Positions 20,814 through 29,334 of a stretch of 64,000 bases of DNA are shown one piece after another. The DNA is from Micrococcales bacterium (GTDB lineage Bacteria > Actinomycetota > Actinomycetes > Actinomycetales > WQXJ01). How positions within the stretch are numbered: the first letter of the stretch is position 1; each line of letters starts with the position of its first letter. Under the pieces are notes generated by a model, which did not search any database, was not told where the DNA came from, and worked only from the letters and a program-made list of their open reading frames with translations. The DNA is taken from contig WQXJ01000004.1 of NCBI GenBank assembly GCA_009784895.1, positions 3,193-67,192 of the forward strand, written 5' to 3'. The position numbers and the translations under genes are program-made.

Positions 20814-22496
20814 TTAGTCTCTCCGCAAGCGCCTATGAGTCACCCGATGCGGCCTGGCCGCCTCGGGCCCCAGACGGTCCACCTTATTGGCCTCGTAGGC
20901 GGCGAAATTGCCTTCGAACCAGAACCAACGGCTCGGGTCCTCATCGGTGCCTTCCCAGGCCAGGATGTGGGTGGCCACCCGATCTAGGAACCAGCGGTCG
21001 TGAGAGACCACCACGGCGCAGCCCGGGAACTCCAGTAGGGCGTTTTCGAGCGAACCCAGTGTCTCAACGTCTAGGTCGTTTGTTGGCTCGTCCAGCAACA
21101 ACAGGTTGCCACCTAGTTTTAGGGTCATGGCCAAGTTGAGCCGATTGCGTTCTCCGCCTGACAGCACGCCAGCCGGTTTCTGCTGGTCGGGGCCCTTGAA
21201 CCCAAAGGCCGAGACATAGGCCCGAGATGGCATTTCGACCTGGCCAACGTGGATGTAGTCCAGCCCGTCACTGACCACTTCCCAGACCGAACGTTTCGGG
21301 TCAATCCCGCTGCGCCCCTGGTCAACGTAGGCCACTTTGACCGTCTCGCCAATCTTGAGGTCGCCACCGTCAAGCGGTTCCTCTCCCACTATGGCCTTGA
21401 ACAAGGTTGTCTTTCCCACCCCGTTGGGCCCAATCACCCCGACAATGCCGTTCTTGGGCAAGGTGAAAGACAACCCGTCTACCAGAACCCTGTCGTCAAA
21501 GCCCTTGCGCAGCTTTGAGGCCTCCAGGACTATCGAACCCAGGCGCGGGCCCGGTGGGATTTGGATCTCGTCAAAGTCGAGTTTGCGGGTCCGCTCGGCC
21601 TCGGCCGCCATTTCTTCATAACGCTGCAACCTGGCTTTGGACTTTGCCTGGCGGCCTTTGGCGTTTTGGCGCACCCAGGCCAGCTCCTCGGCCAGGCGCT
21701 TGGCCAGCTTGGCGTCCTTTAGGCCCTGGACCTCGAGCCGCTCGCGCTTTTTCTCCAGGTAAAGCGAATAGTTGCCTTCATAGGCATAAGCCCGGCCACG
21801 ATCAAGCTCCAAAATCCACTCAGCCACATTGTCAAGGAAGTAGCGGTCGTGGGTGACCGCCAAGACGGCGCCGGGATACTTGTCCAGGTGCTGCTCCAGC
21901 CATTGGATCGACTCAGCGTCAAGGTGGTTAGTCGGCTCGTCTAAGAGCAGCAGATCGGGCTGCTCCAATAGAAGCTTGCACAGCGCCACTCGCCGCCTCT
22001 CGCCCCCCGACAGGACGTTGACCGGTGTGTCAGGCGGCGGACAGCGCAACGCGTCCATGGCCTGATCCAACCGCGAGTCGAGATCCCAGGCGCCAGCGTG
22101 GTCAAGGCTTTCTTGAAGCTCTCCCATTTCTGCCAGCAGCTTGTCGTAGTCGGCCTCGGGGTCAGCTAATTGCTCGCTGATCTGGTTGAAGCGGTCAAGT
22201 TGAGCCTTGATTTGGGCCACGCCCTGCTCAACGTTGCCCAAAACCGTGGTCGAGTCATCCAACGATGGTTCCTGTTGCAGCATGCCAACGCTGTAACCAG
22301 GGGTCAGCGTGGCATCGCCGTTCGATGGCACGTCCAAGCCAGCCATGATCCTCAAAACCGAGGATTTGCCAGCACCATTGGGCCCAACCACGCCAATTTT
22401 GGCTCCCGGGTAAAACGCCAAGGTGACATCGTCCAAAATCAACTTGTCACCGTGGGCCTTACGGGCACGTTTCATTACGTAAATGAATTCAGGCAC
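20814..22496 (-). CDS. ettA: ABC-F translational throttle protein EttA
   Basis: N-terminus (V)PEFIYVMKRARKAHGDKLILDDV. Two ABC cassettes (GPNGAGKSS, GPNGVGKTT; LSGGERRR / LSGGERNR). GTG 22496 fits the family N-terminus better than the ORF opening at 22535. Confidence 0.9.
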   Translation of the reverse strand: MPEFIYVMKRARKAHGDKLILDDVTLAFYPGAKIGVVGPNGAGKSSVLRIMAGLDVPSNGDATLTPGYSVGMLQQEPSLDDSTTVLGNVEQGVAQIKAQLDRFNQISEQLADPEADYDKLLAEMGELQESLDHAGAWDLDSRLDQAMDALRCPPPDTPVNVLSGGERRRVALCKLLLEQPDLLLLDEPTNHLDAESIQWLEQHLDKYPGAVLAVTHDRYFLDNVAEWILELDRGRAYAYEGNYSLYLEKKRERLEVQGLKDAKLAKRLAEELAWVRQNAKGRQAKSKARLQRYEEMAAEAERTRKLDFDEIQIPPGPRLGSIVLEASKLRKGFDDRVLVDGLSFTLPKNGIVGVIGPNGVGKTTLFKAIVGEEPLDGGDLKIGETVKVAYVDQGRSGIDPKRSVWEVVSDGLDYIHVGQVEMPSRAYVSAFGFKGPDQQKPAGVLSGGERNRLNLAMTLKLGGNLLLLDEPTNDLDVETLGSLENALLEFPGCAVVVSHDRWFLDRVATHILAWEGTDEDPSRWFWFEGNFAAYEANKVDRLGPEAARPHRVTHRRLRRD

Positions 22497-22554
22497 CGCA
22501 TAAGGATACGGCCAGTCGCTGAACCAAAGTCGCATCTAGGCGATTGGTGGCCCC

Positions 22555-23190
22555 CTAGGCCGCCAGCGGCGCCTGAGCAGCCACCTGACCTTCGGGGCCC
22601 TGCTGGCGCCGTGTTGGCGCCTCCTGGCCACCAACTTGGCCCGGCATTTCCTGCCCGGGCTGGGTTGGAGCCAGGGCAGCCCCGGGGCTTAGGCCGGCCG
22701 GCTCGCCCTCGGCCCCGCTAACGGGACTGCCGCCTGTGCCACCGGCTGGTCCGCCACGGGCAAGATCATCCACCTGGTCTTGCCCTGCCGCTTGATCCTG
22801 CCCTTCCGGGCCCCGACGGTGGGCCGCCATGGCCACTTTGGTGAAACGAGTGTCTCCCCAGCGCAGGTCATGGCCCACCAGATCAGCTTGGACCTGCATG
22901 GCCCAATTGGTTGAACCGTCTTTGGCCTCCCACTGGTGACTTGTCAGCCGGCCAACCACAATCACCGGGTCGCCCTTGCGCACCGAATGGCGCACGTTGT
23001 TGCTCAAGGCTTTGCCCCGGATCTTGATGTCGAACCACTCGGTTTTCAGCTCGGCGTACTCGCCGTCGGCTTGGCGGTAGCGCGGCGTTGACCCCATCCT
23101 GAAGGTCATAAAGTCGCCATTTGGTCCCGCTCGCAACTGCGGCTCGGACGAGACCCAGCCATTGACCGTCACCCGCACATCGTTTTCCAT
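22555..23190 (-). CDS. Single-stranded DNA-binding protein paralogue (OB fold, no acidic C-terminal tip)
   Basis: MENDVRVTVNGWVSSEPQLR...WFDIKIRGKALSNNV..SVRKGDPVIVVGRLTSHQWE is an SSB-like OB fold. The Gly/Pro/Gln-rich tail ends ...QVAAQAPLAA rather than in a DDDIPF-type tip. Confidence 0.7.
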   Translation of the reverse strand: MENDVRVTVNGWVSSEPQLRAGPNGDFMTFRMGSTPRYRQADGEYAELKTEWFDIKIRGKALSNNVRHSVRKGDPVIVVGRLTSHQWEAKDGSTNWAMQVQADLVGHDLRWGDTRFTKVAMAAHRRGPEGQDQAAGQDQVDDLARGGPAGGTGGSPVSGAEGEPAGLSPGAALAPTQPGQEMPGQVGGQEAPTRRQQGPEGQVAAQAPLAA

Positions 23191-23373
23191 TTTTTCTCCC
23201 AAAAGTTTGGCTGCGGCCGGCCCCACGCCGGCCTATCGCCAAGCATCATTGCGTGGACCACCGACGCCTAGACGACCACCGCTGCCTCGCCTGTGGAGGA
23301 CCGGTTTGCCGGACGTTATCAGTCGACAACCCAGACTTGCCTCTGGTCGGGAGCCGGTGGCCTAGCCGGGTCG

Positions 23374-24741
23374 CTAGCCGGTAACCTCGGCGGATCCCTG
23401 ATCGGGTGCCTGGCCGGTTTCGGCACCACCAAGGCCCCCGGGCGAGCTGGCCAAGGAGCGCAACTCGGCGGCGACGTCTTTCAGATCTGACAGGGCATAG
23501 TTCACCGGATCACTCAGCGCCTTTTCGACAACGGTCACAACCGAGCCTTTGACCTTGACCAGCCAGGCCGCCCGCCATTTCTCCCTGGCACCAGCCCCGC
23601 CAAAAAGTCGGCTCAGCCAACCTGGCTTGGCAGGCTGGCTAAGGTCCGCCAAAGATTCGTTCAGCCTGGTGGCGAGGTTGGCCGCCGATGCAGTGGCCAG
23701 TGCCGCGACATCCTGCCACGGCTCGGGCAACACGGCGGTGGCAGCCCCGATGTAGCCTTTGACCAGCGGGCGCACTTCGGCTGCTGTCACCTCGACCAAC
23801 CCAGGCGAAAATGGCTCCGGCGAGCCGTCGAGCGCTAGCGCCTCTAGGGCCTCGGCCACCGTTTTCCCCGCCGCCGCCAGGCCCTGGCCGTAAGCGGCCA
23901 TTTGATCTGCGCCCAGGTATTCCGCCAAAGGCGCCTGAGCCAACACCTCGCCGGCCTCCCGGGCCAGGTCACCGGCTACTCGCCGGGCCGCCACAGTCTC
24001 CTCCGCCGTCCGTTCGACCAAGACTGAGCGCAAATCCTCGATCCCCTCACCCGTCACCGTCGAGGTGACCAGCAGCTTGGGGTTGGCCCACCCACCTGAC
24101 TCCAAAAGCGAGGTCAAAGCCTCGCTCACCGGGGCGGCATCGGCCTGGGACAACTGATCGACCTGGTTCAAGACCACCAAATTGACCCGGCTGACCTGCT
24201 CCAAGGCTGAGGGCAGAAACAGTTCACGCAAGCCTGGATCGGCGTACTTCTGCGGGTCGGTCACCCAGATCAAAATGTCCGCCAAGGGCAGTATCCGCTG
24301 GGCCACCTTGTGGTGCTCAACATCGGCTGAATCCGAATCCGGCAGATCAACCAGAATCATGCCGCCCCACTCCCCCAGCTCCGGTTCGAGCACCGAATCG
24401 CGTTGGATGGTGTCATCCGGGTTGACCCCGGCCCACTCCAGCAGCGGCGCCGCGCCGGGCCCCCAAACGCAGGCGTTAGCCTTAGTCGTTGTCGGCCGCA
24501 GTGCCCCGACCTGCGCAAACTCCATTTTGGCCAGTGCGTTGAAAAGTGAGGACTTGCCCGAGCCACTGCCACCAACCAACGCCACCAGGGTGTGGTCAAC
24601 GCCTCGCTCAAGGCGCCCGATGACGCCGGCCAAGCTTTCGGGGCAACCTGACCAGGCCTCGTCCCCTAGGCGCTTGGTCAGCAAATCGCATAGCTGGTAC
24701 AACCGGTTGGCCCTTTGGCGCAGGGGTTCGATTCCGCTCAT
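23374..24741 (-). CDS. P-loop GTPase domain protein (dynamin/YfjP-like), second of a pair
   Basis: G1 motif GGSGSGKSSLFNAL, then LVDLPDSDS and IWVTDPQKYAD. The ATG at 24741 overlaps the upstream TGA (ATGA). Confidence 0.6.
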   Translation of the reverse strand: MSGIEPLRQRANRLYQLCDLLTKRLGDEAWSGCPESLAGVIGRLERGVDHTLVALVGGSGSGKSSLFNALAKMEFAQVGALRPTTTKANACVWGPGAAPLLEWAGVNPDDTIQRDSVLEPELGEWGGMILVDLPDSDSADVEHHKVAQRILPLADILIWVTDPQKYADPGLRELFLPSALEQVSRVNLVVLNQVDQLSQADAAPVSEALTSLLESGGWANPKLLVTSTVTGEGIEDLRSVLVERTAEETVAARRVAGDLAREAGEVLAQAPLAEYLGADQMAAYGQGLAAAGKTVAEALEALALDGSPEPFSPGLVEVTAAEVRPLVKGYIGAATAVLPEPWQDVAALATASAANLATRLNESLADLSQPAKPGWLSRLFGGAGAREKWRAAWLVKVKGSVVTVVEKALSDPVNYALSDLKDVAAELRSLASSPGGLGGAETGQAPDQGSAEVTG

Positions 24742-26573
24742 GGTGTTGTTGCCACCACCTCCGGGATAGCGTCGACCGTCTTGGCGCATAGGGACAGACG
24801 GCGGGCCAGGCCGGACAGGCCCGTCGGCTGAGCCGTGGCCGTTTCGATGGCTTCGCCAAACAGGGCTAAGTCCAGGTCAACGGCCCCGGCCAAGGCTCGA
24901 GCCTGGGCCTCAAGTCCAAGTCTAACCAGGTCGTTGACGCGGTCTGGTGCCAGGGCCTCAAGGTAGACCGCAGCGTTGTCCGCGCCCAGGGCTACTGCCT
25001 GGACTAGTCGGGCCATTCCGTCCTTGGTTAGTGCTTTGGTGGCGAGCACAATGGTCTCGTCCCCGGTTTCGGCTAGCCGGCTGGCCAGGTGTCGCCTCCA
25101 GAGCAGATGCGGGTCGTTGTCACCGGGCCTCAAACGCAACCAATGGCGAGGGTGACTGGTTTTGCTGGCCTGGCTGGGGCCGTCATCGGGCCGGAGCAGT
25201 CCCCCCGGCTGGGCCAGCGCGCGGGTACCTTCCGGCACCTGGCCTGATTGCCACAGCCCAACAACCCGGCGGCGCGCCCGCCGTGTGACTTGGTCTGCCA
25301 CCTGTTTGACCGCCTGGGCCAAGGGCTGCTCGAGCCGGTCGAGCGCCAGCCTGACCTTTTCTGCCACCGCCGCATGCGGCGCCAGCTCCTTGTGCTGGTC
25401 GATGAAGGCAATCAGCCCCTCGGTCTCTGATTCCCAAATCAGTCGCAGCTGGGCCTCGGGTTCGATGGCGTCAGCGTTGGCGGTGGGCCCGTTTCCGGCG
25501 CCCAAAGCGGCCTTAGGCGCGGTGGCGGCCAGCGCGGCGCTGGTGGCGGCGCCGCCTGCATCGACGGCCGCCCGGAGGGCCTGAGCCGCCTGGTTGACCA
25601 CCTCGGCGGTGGCTTCATCGGTCGCCTGGCGCAGCAAGTCCAAGGTCGCTTGATGCACCTTTTCCGCTCTAACCAGGCGTTTTGTCTTGTCTAGCGCTCT
25701 GACAACTGACTCGTGAATCGAACTGACGTTGTCCACGGCCTGCGGCCATGGGTCGAGGCCTTGTTCCGCCAACCAGCTCTGAATTGGCTCAGCAGCGACC
25801 GTGTCGAGGGCGGTGACAGGGCCTTTGGCTCGCAGCACTGTCATAACCGGCAAGTCCGGCCAGCCCCGATCAGCCAGCATCTGCTTGGCGTCTGCCACAA
25901 CCACGTCGACTGACTCCCTGGGCAACCGGTTGATCAGGAAAAGTGTCGGCACCTGGGCTGGCATGATGGCGCCGAGCAGATCCCAAACCAGTGCATCGCC
26001 GTAACGCAGACCACTGGCCACCACAATCCAGCAGTCGACCGGCAACTCCACCTGGTCCAAATTGTCTGGGTTTCCGGCCGCGAAAGGATCGGACAGGTCT
26101 AGGACCGCCCGGCCCGGCAGCACCTCATCTCCCAGGCAAAGCGCGCTTTGGGTCAAGGCTGGGTGGCCGGCCATGAGGGCCGCCGTCGACGGCCTGACCA
26201 GGATTTGCGGTTGGGCTGTGGTCGGTCGCAGAGCCGAAACTGTCGCCAGATCCTGCCCCGCCAGGGTGTTGGCCACAACTGATTTGCCGGTACCGGTCGG
26301 TCCGGCCACACCAATAACCTTCGGTTCGCCCACTTGACGCAGCCGAGGCAACAGCTCATGATCCAGGTAGTACCGCAATTGGTCCTGCGCCAGGCGAGCC
26401 TCAGCCGAGGCTATCGAGGGAAAAGGGAATGTCACGGCGTCCAGTTCGCTGCGAAGCGCGCTGACCACTTCAAGCGTGGCGCCGTCGCCCTGCTCAGGCC
26501 GCATCATCCAAGTTTTGCCTACATCAAGGCCTTGTGCAACGATGCGCGCCCGGCAGGCAGTGATTGGGCCCAA
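24738..26573 (-). CDS. P-loop GTPase domain protein (dynamin/YfjP-like), first of a pair
   Basis: G1 motif GVAGPTGTGKSVVANTL, then VLDLSD. Long Ala-rich helical C-terminal region. Start codon uncertain. Confidence 0.55.
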   Translation of the reverse strand: MGPITACRARIVAQGLDVGKTWMMRPEQGDGATLEVVSALRSELDAVTFPFPSIASAEARLAQDQLRYYLDHELLPRLRQVGEPKVIGVAGPTGTGKSVVANTLAGQDLATVSALRPTTAQPQILVRPSTAALMAGHPALTQSALCLGDEVLPGRAVLDLSDPFAAGNPDNLDQVELPVDCWIVVASGLRYGDALVWDLLGAIMPAQVPTLFLINRLPRESVDVVVADAKQMLADRGWPDLPVMTVLRAKGPVTALDTVAAEPIQSWLAEQGLDPWPQAVDNVSSIHESVVRALDKTKRLVRAEKVHQATLDLLRQATDEATAEVVNQAAQALRAAVDAGGAATSAALAATAPKAALGAGNGPTANADAIEPEAQLRLIWESETEGLIAFIDQHKELAPHAAVAEKVRLALDRLEQPLAQAVKQVADQVTRRARRRVVGLWQSGQVPEGTRALAQPGGLLRPDDGPSQASKTSHPRHWLRLRPGDNDPHLLWRRHLASRLAETGDETIVLATKALTKDGMARLVQAVALGADNAAVYLEALAPDRVNDLVRLGLEAQARALAGAVDLDLALFGEAIETATAQPTGLSGLARRLSLCAKTVDAIPEVVATTP

Positions 26574-26660
26574 GCCCGGGTGGCGCTGGCTGATTCGCCA
26601 TCGCTCCTAGGCACCTTTGTAGCGGCTTGGCGGCTGCGGCGCTGACTGACCTAGTACCGA

Positions 26661-26833
26661 TGCAGGTCAACTCGCCGTGACCTTGTATCAAAGCAGCCCA
26701 GGCCGCCGCGACCTTGTATCAAAGCAGCCCAGGCCGCCACGACCTTGCACCAAAGCAGGTCGACTCGCCGTGACCTTGTATCAAAGCAGCCCAGACCACC
26801 ACGACCTTGCACAGAAACAGGTGCGACTTTCGG
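26661..26833 (+). repeat. Tandem array of about 5.5 contiguous 31-bp units
   Basis: GACCTTG recurs at 26679, 26710, 26741, 26772 and 26803, an exact 31-bp period. There are two unit subtypes (gaccttgtatcaaagcagcccaggccgcc.. and gaccttgcaccaaagcaggtcgactcgccgt). An inverted partial copy, gctgctttgatgctaagtc, lies at 26911-26929. Confidence 0.85.
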
Positions 26834-26924
26834 GGGACACGCGTCTGGCCTGGTCACCACCGCGGCCTCAAAACCCCGACCTGTCTTTGCACTAAGTCAC
26901 GGCCGGCCCAGCTGCTTTGATGCT

Positions 26925-27178
26925 AAGTCGCGGCAGATCCGTGCCGGCCGTCACGGCGGCAAGCTCTACCACATTGGTGTTGGCCGACCCCACGCCGGAA
27001 CCCACATCACCATGTTGATCCAAAACCTCGACGTTACGATCGTGGCCACCGCCACCGGAGAAATACTCCGCGAACTCGTACTCGATCCCACCAGGAACTA
27101 TCAACCACAAGGCTAGACAAAAACGCGGCGAACCCACGTTTCGTGGGTTCACCGGTTTCCTATGTCCCGAGACATCAC
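26925..27178 (+). pseudogene. 3' remnant of an IS481-family-like transposase (integrase-core C-terminus); decayed
   Basis: GKLYHIGVGRPHAGTHITMLIQNLDVTIVATATGEILRELVLDPTRNYQPQG resembles the conserved C-terminal segment of IS481-type transposases. An in-frame TAG at 27114-27116 is followed, in another frame, by KNAANPRFVGSPVSYVPRHH, the usual family tail. No upstream catalytic region is present. Confidence 0.6.
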
Positions 27179-27182
27179 AACG

Positions 27183-27255
27183 CGCCCCCGAAAGGATTCG
27201 AACCTTCGACCATTGGATTAGAAGTCCAGTGCTCTATCCACTGAGCTACGGGGGC
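27183..27255 (-). tRNA. tRNA-Arg (anticodon TCT)
   Basis: Manually folded cloverleaf: GCCCCCG-TA-GCTC-AGTGGATA-GAGC-A-CTGGA-CTTCTAA-TCCAA-TGGTC-GAAGG-TTCGAAT-CCTTT-CGGGGGC-G. 73 nt, CCA not encoded. Confidence 0.9.
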
Positions 27256-27298
27256 ATGGGCGCCCAGTCAGCCTAACCCACGCAGGTAGGGTTGAAGA

Positions 27299-27928
27299 AT
27301 GAGCGTTCCCGAACACGGCGTGACCGGCCCAATTGTCTGGGTCGACTGTGAAATGACCGGCCTCGACCTGACGGCCGATGCCTTGATCGAGATCGCCGTT
27401 GTTGTGACCGATTCGACCCTGGGGACCCTGGGCGAGGGCCTGGACATCATCATCAAGCCGCCGCAGGCCGCCCTCGACCAGATGTCGGACTTTGTCCGGC
27501 GGATGCACACTACTTCGGGTTTGTTGGACGCTCTTGATGCTGGCCTCGCTCTAGACGAGGCCCAACGCCAGGTCATGGCCTATGTCCGCTCTCATGTGCC
27601 GCACGCCGGAAAGGCACCTTTGGCCGGCAATTCGGTGTCTACTGATCGCGGCTTCATCGACCGGGATTTGCCCAAACTGGGTCGGTTTCTGCACTACCGG
27701 ACCATCGATGTGTCGTCCATTAAGGAGCTCGCCCGGCGTTGGTATCCAAGGGCCTATTTCGCCGCCCCGGAAAAGCACGGCGGCCACCGGGCGCTGGGTG
27801 ACATTTTCGACTCCATCGACGAGCTGCGCTATTACCGACAAGCCCTCTTCGCCGAATCGCCGGGCCCAGATACCGACACCTCCAGGGCCATCGCGGCCCA
27901 AATCGCCGAGACCTCAGTTCGCGGCTAA
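27299..27928 (+). CDS. orn: Oligoribonuclease Orn (DEDDh exonuclease)
   Basis: VWVDCEMTGLD, GNSVSTDRGF and HRALGDIFDSIDELRYYR motifs. Confidence 0.92.
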   Translation: MSVPEHGVTGPIVWVDCEMTGLDLTADALIEIAVVVTDSTLGTLGEGLDIIIKPPQAALDQMSDFVRRMHTTSGLLDALDAGLALDEAQRQVMAYVRSHVPHAGKAPLAGNSVSTDRGFIDRDLPKLGRFLHYRTIDVSSIKELARRWYPRAYFAAPEKHGGHRALGDIFDSIDELRYYRQALFAESPGPDTDTSRAIAAQIAETSVRG

Positions 27929-27933
27929 GCCCG

Positions 27934-27990
27934 TACCCTTGCCCGATGCCGTGTGCCCGGGCCGGCAGCGCGTCGTCCGGTAGTTGCCAC
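27934..27990 (+). repeat. Diverged third copy of the 60-bp palindromic dispersed element
   Basis: tacccttgcccgatgccgtgtgcccgg matches the 5' half of the element at 47594 and 56879 with a 2-nt insertion and 2 mismatches. The 3' half is only loosely similar (ccgg-t-a-gttgc). It starts 6 nt after the orn stop. Confidence 0.5.
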
Positions 27991-28110
27991 GACGCTCAGC
28001 CAAACGGGGCCAACCCGTCTGGCTCGCCCGGTGACGGGCGCTGGCGGTGTCAGCCCGCCAGCAAAACCGGTAGACTCCATCACCGGCCTTGGCCTAGCGG
28101 CCAGCGCCAT

Positions 28111-28184
28111 GGTGGCTGTAGCTCAGTTGGTAGAGCTCCTGGTTGTGGTCCAGGCGGCCGCGGGTTCAAGTCCCGTCAGCCACC
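28111..28184 (+). tRNA. tRNA-His (anticodon GTG) with encoded G-1
   Basis: Manually folded: G-GTGGCTG-TA-GCTC-AGTTGGTA-GAGC-T-CCTGG-TTGTGGT-CCAGG-CGGCC-GCGGG-TTCAAGT-CCCGT-CAGCCAC-C. G-1 pairs with C73, a His hallmark. Confidence 0.92.
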
Positions 28185-28531
28185 CTTGAGTGTTCAAGAT
28201 TGAACCTGCGGTTCCATGAACCGCCTCCCCCACGGCCCCATCCACAGTCCCCGAGCCCAGATCTGCCGTTCCACTTTCCACCTGCCCAAACACCGCTGCT
28301 GGAGTTGACCCCATCAGCCAGGTTCTCAAACGTGGCGTGTGTAGCAGTACCCAAGAGCGAATACGCCCTCGGATGACCGCCCCACCAGCCGAACCACCGA
28401 CGGGCGGGAGGTGCCGGCTTGAGTGGCGAACTGGCTGAGGGTTAGCCAAACCGCCACTGGGCCTTGATTTCGGAGATGAGACGGCAGTCATTGGCGAGTA
28501 AGCTCTGCCCGGCCTCAACTCCAGCCCGGAC

Positions 28532-28816
28532 TCAGCGGGTGGCGTGGATCAGGCGAACCAGCCGCATTGGTTGAAGTGCGTCACGGCGGTCCCAGAACCC
28601 GACCGGAACCGCATTGGCCTCCTCGACAGCACGAACCCCACGCCAGCCAGCGGCTTCCAACCAGCGGGCGGTTTCTCCGGGGCTGGGTGTCGAGAGCCAT
28701 GGTTCTTGGCCGCCCAGTGCAGCGGCCAGGGCCTTGGCGTAGTCCTGTCCGGTGGCGTCGCGGGCCGCCATCGACATCAACGCTGAGGCATTTACCGGAG
28801 CTTTAGGATTCTTCAC
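28532..28816 (-). pseudogene. Possible 3' fragment of a SAM-dependent (leucine carboxyl methyltransferase-like) O-methyltransferase
   Basis: The 94-aa ORF (…GQEPWLSTPSPGETARWLEAAGWRGV…) resembles only the C-terminal end of such ~300-aa enzymes. No upstream coding continuation is seen before azlD. The assignment is from memory and weak. Confidence 0.3.
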
Positions 28817-28998
28817 CTCAATTAACTACCATGCCAACCGGGCTTGGTGGGGCAGGCTTTCGGCACCACGACAGTGACGATTTGAGCTTTTCTTGACGTG
28901 CAAATGCGCTCCGTCTTCTGTTCGTTGGTTGGCATCCCGATACGGCCCCTGCCAACCAGTCCAAGGCCAACCGCCTGGGCACTCAACCATGGCTCAGG

Positions 28999-29334
28999 TC
29001 AAAAGACAGCCCAGAGGATGGCGAAGGCGGTGACGCCGACCACCGCGCTCCACACCAGTGACCGGGACAACCAGGCGATTAGGAACACCGGAATGGCCGC
29101 CAGCAACGGCAAGAAGGCGCTCAGCTCGCCCGAAGCCAGGGCACCGGGATTAAACAGGTCGGTCGCCACCAGAGCGGCAAACACTGCCGGCGGGATGAAA
29201 CCAATTGTCTTCTCCGCCTGCGGTGGCAGCTTTCTACCCCGAAGCAAAAAGACGGGCAATACCCGGCAGGCCAACATCGACAAGGCGCAGCCGGCGAAGA
29301 TTATGGAGAAACTGGTCCAGGTCAACTGCGCCAC
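28999..29334 (-). CDS. azlD: AzlD family branched-chain amino acid transport protein
   Basis: 111-aa hydrophobic protein immediately downstream of azlC and overlapping it by 13 nt, the typical azlCD pairing. Confidence 0.75.
   Translation of the reverse strand: MAQLTWTSFSIIFAGCALSMLACRVLPVFLLRGRKLPPQAEKTIGFIPPAVFAALVATDLFNPGALASGELSAFLPLLAAIPVFLIAWLSRSLVWSAVVGVTAFAILWAVF

Noticed and set aside
22497-22535. The EttA start at the ORF opening (MRLWFSDWPYPYA...)
   Set aside because: ABC-F EttA proteins begin close to the ...EFIY.M... block. GTG 22496 restores that N-terminus, and the extra 13 residues have no counterpart.
26661-26833. The 31-bp repeat array as a possible CRISPR array
   Set aside because: Units are directly contiguous with no spacers and occur in two alternating subtypes. 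No cas genes lie in the window. It is a tandem repeat, not a CRISPR.
28123-28518. A 131-aa minus-strand ORF next to tRNA-His
   Set aside because: It overlaps the tRNA-His gene on the opposite strand, has no motifs, and has an unprotein-like composition.
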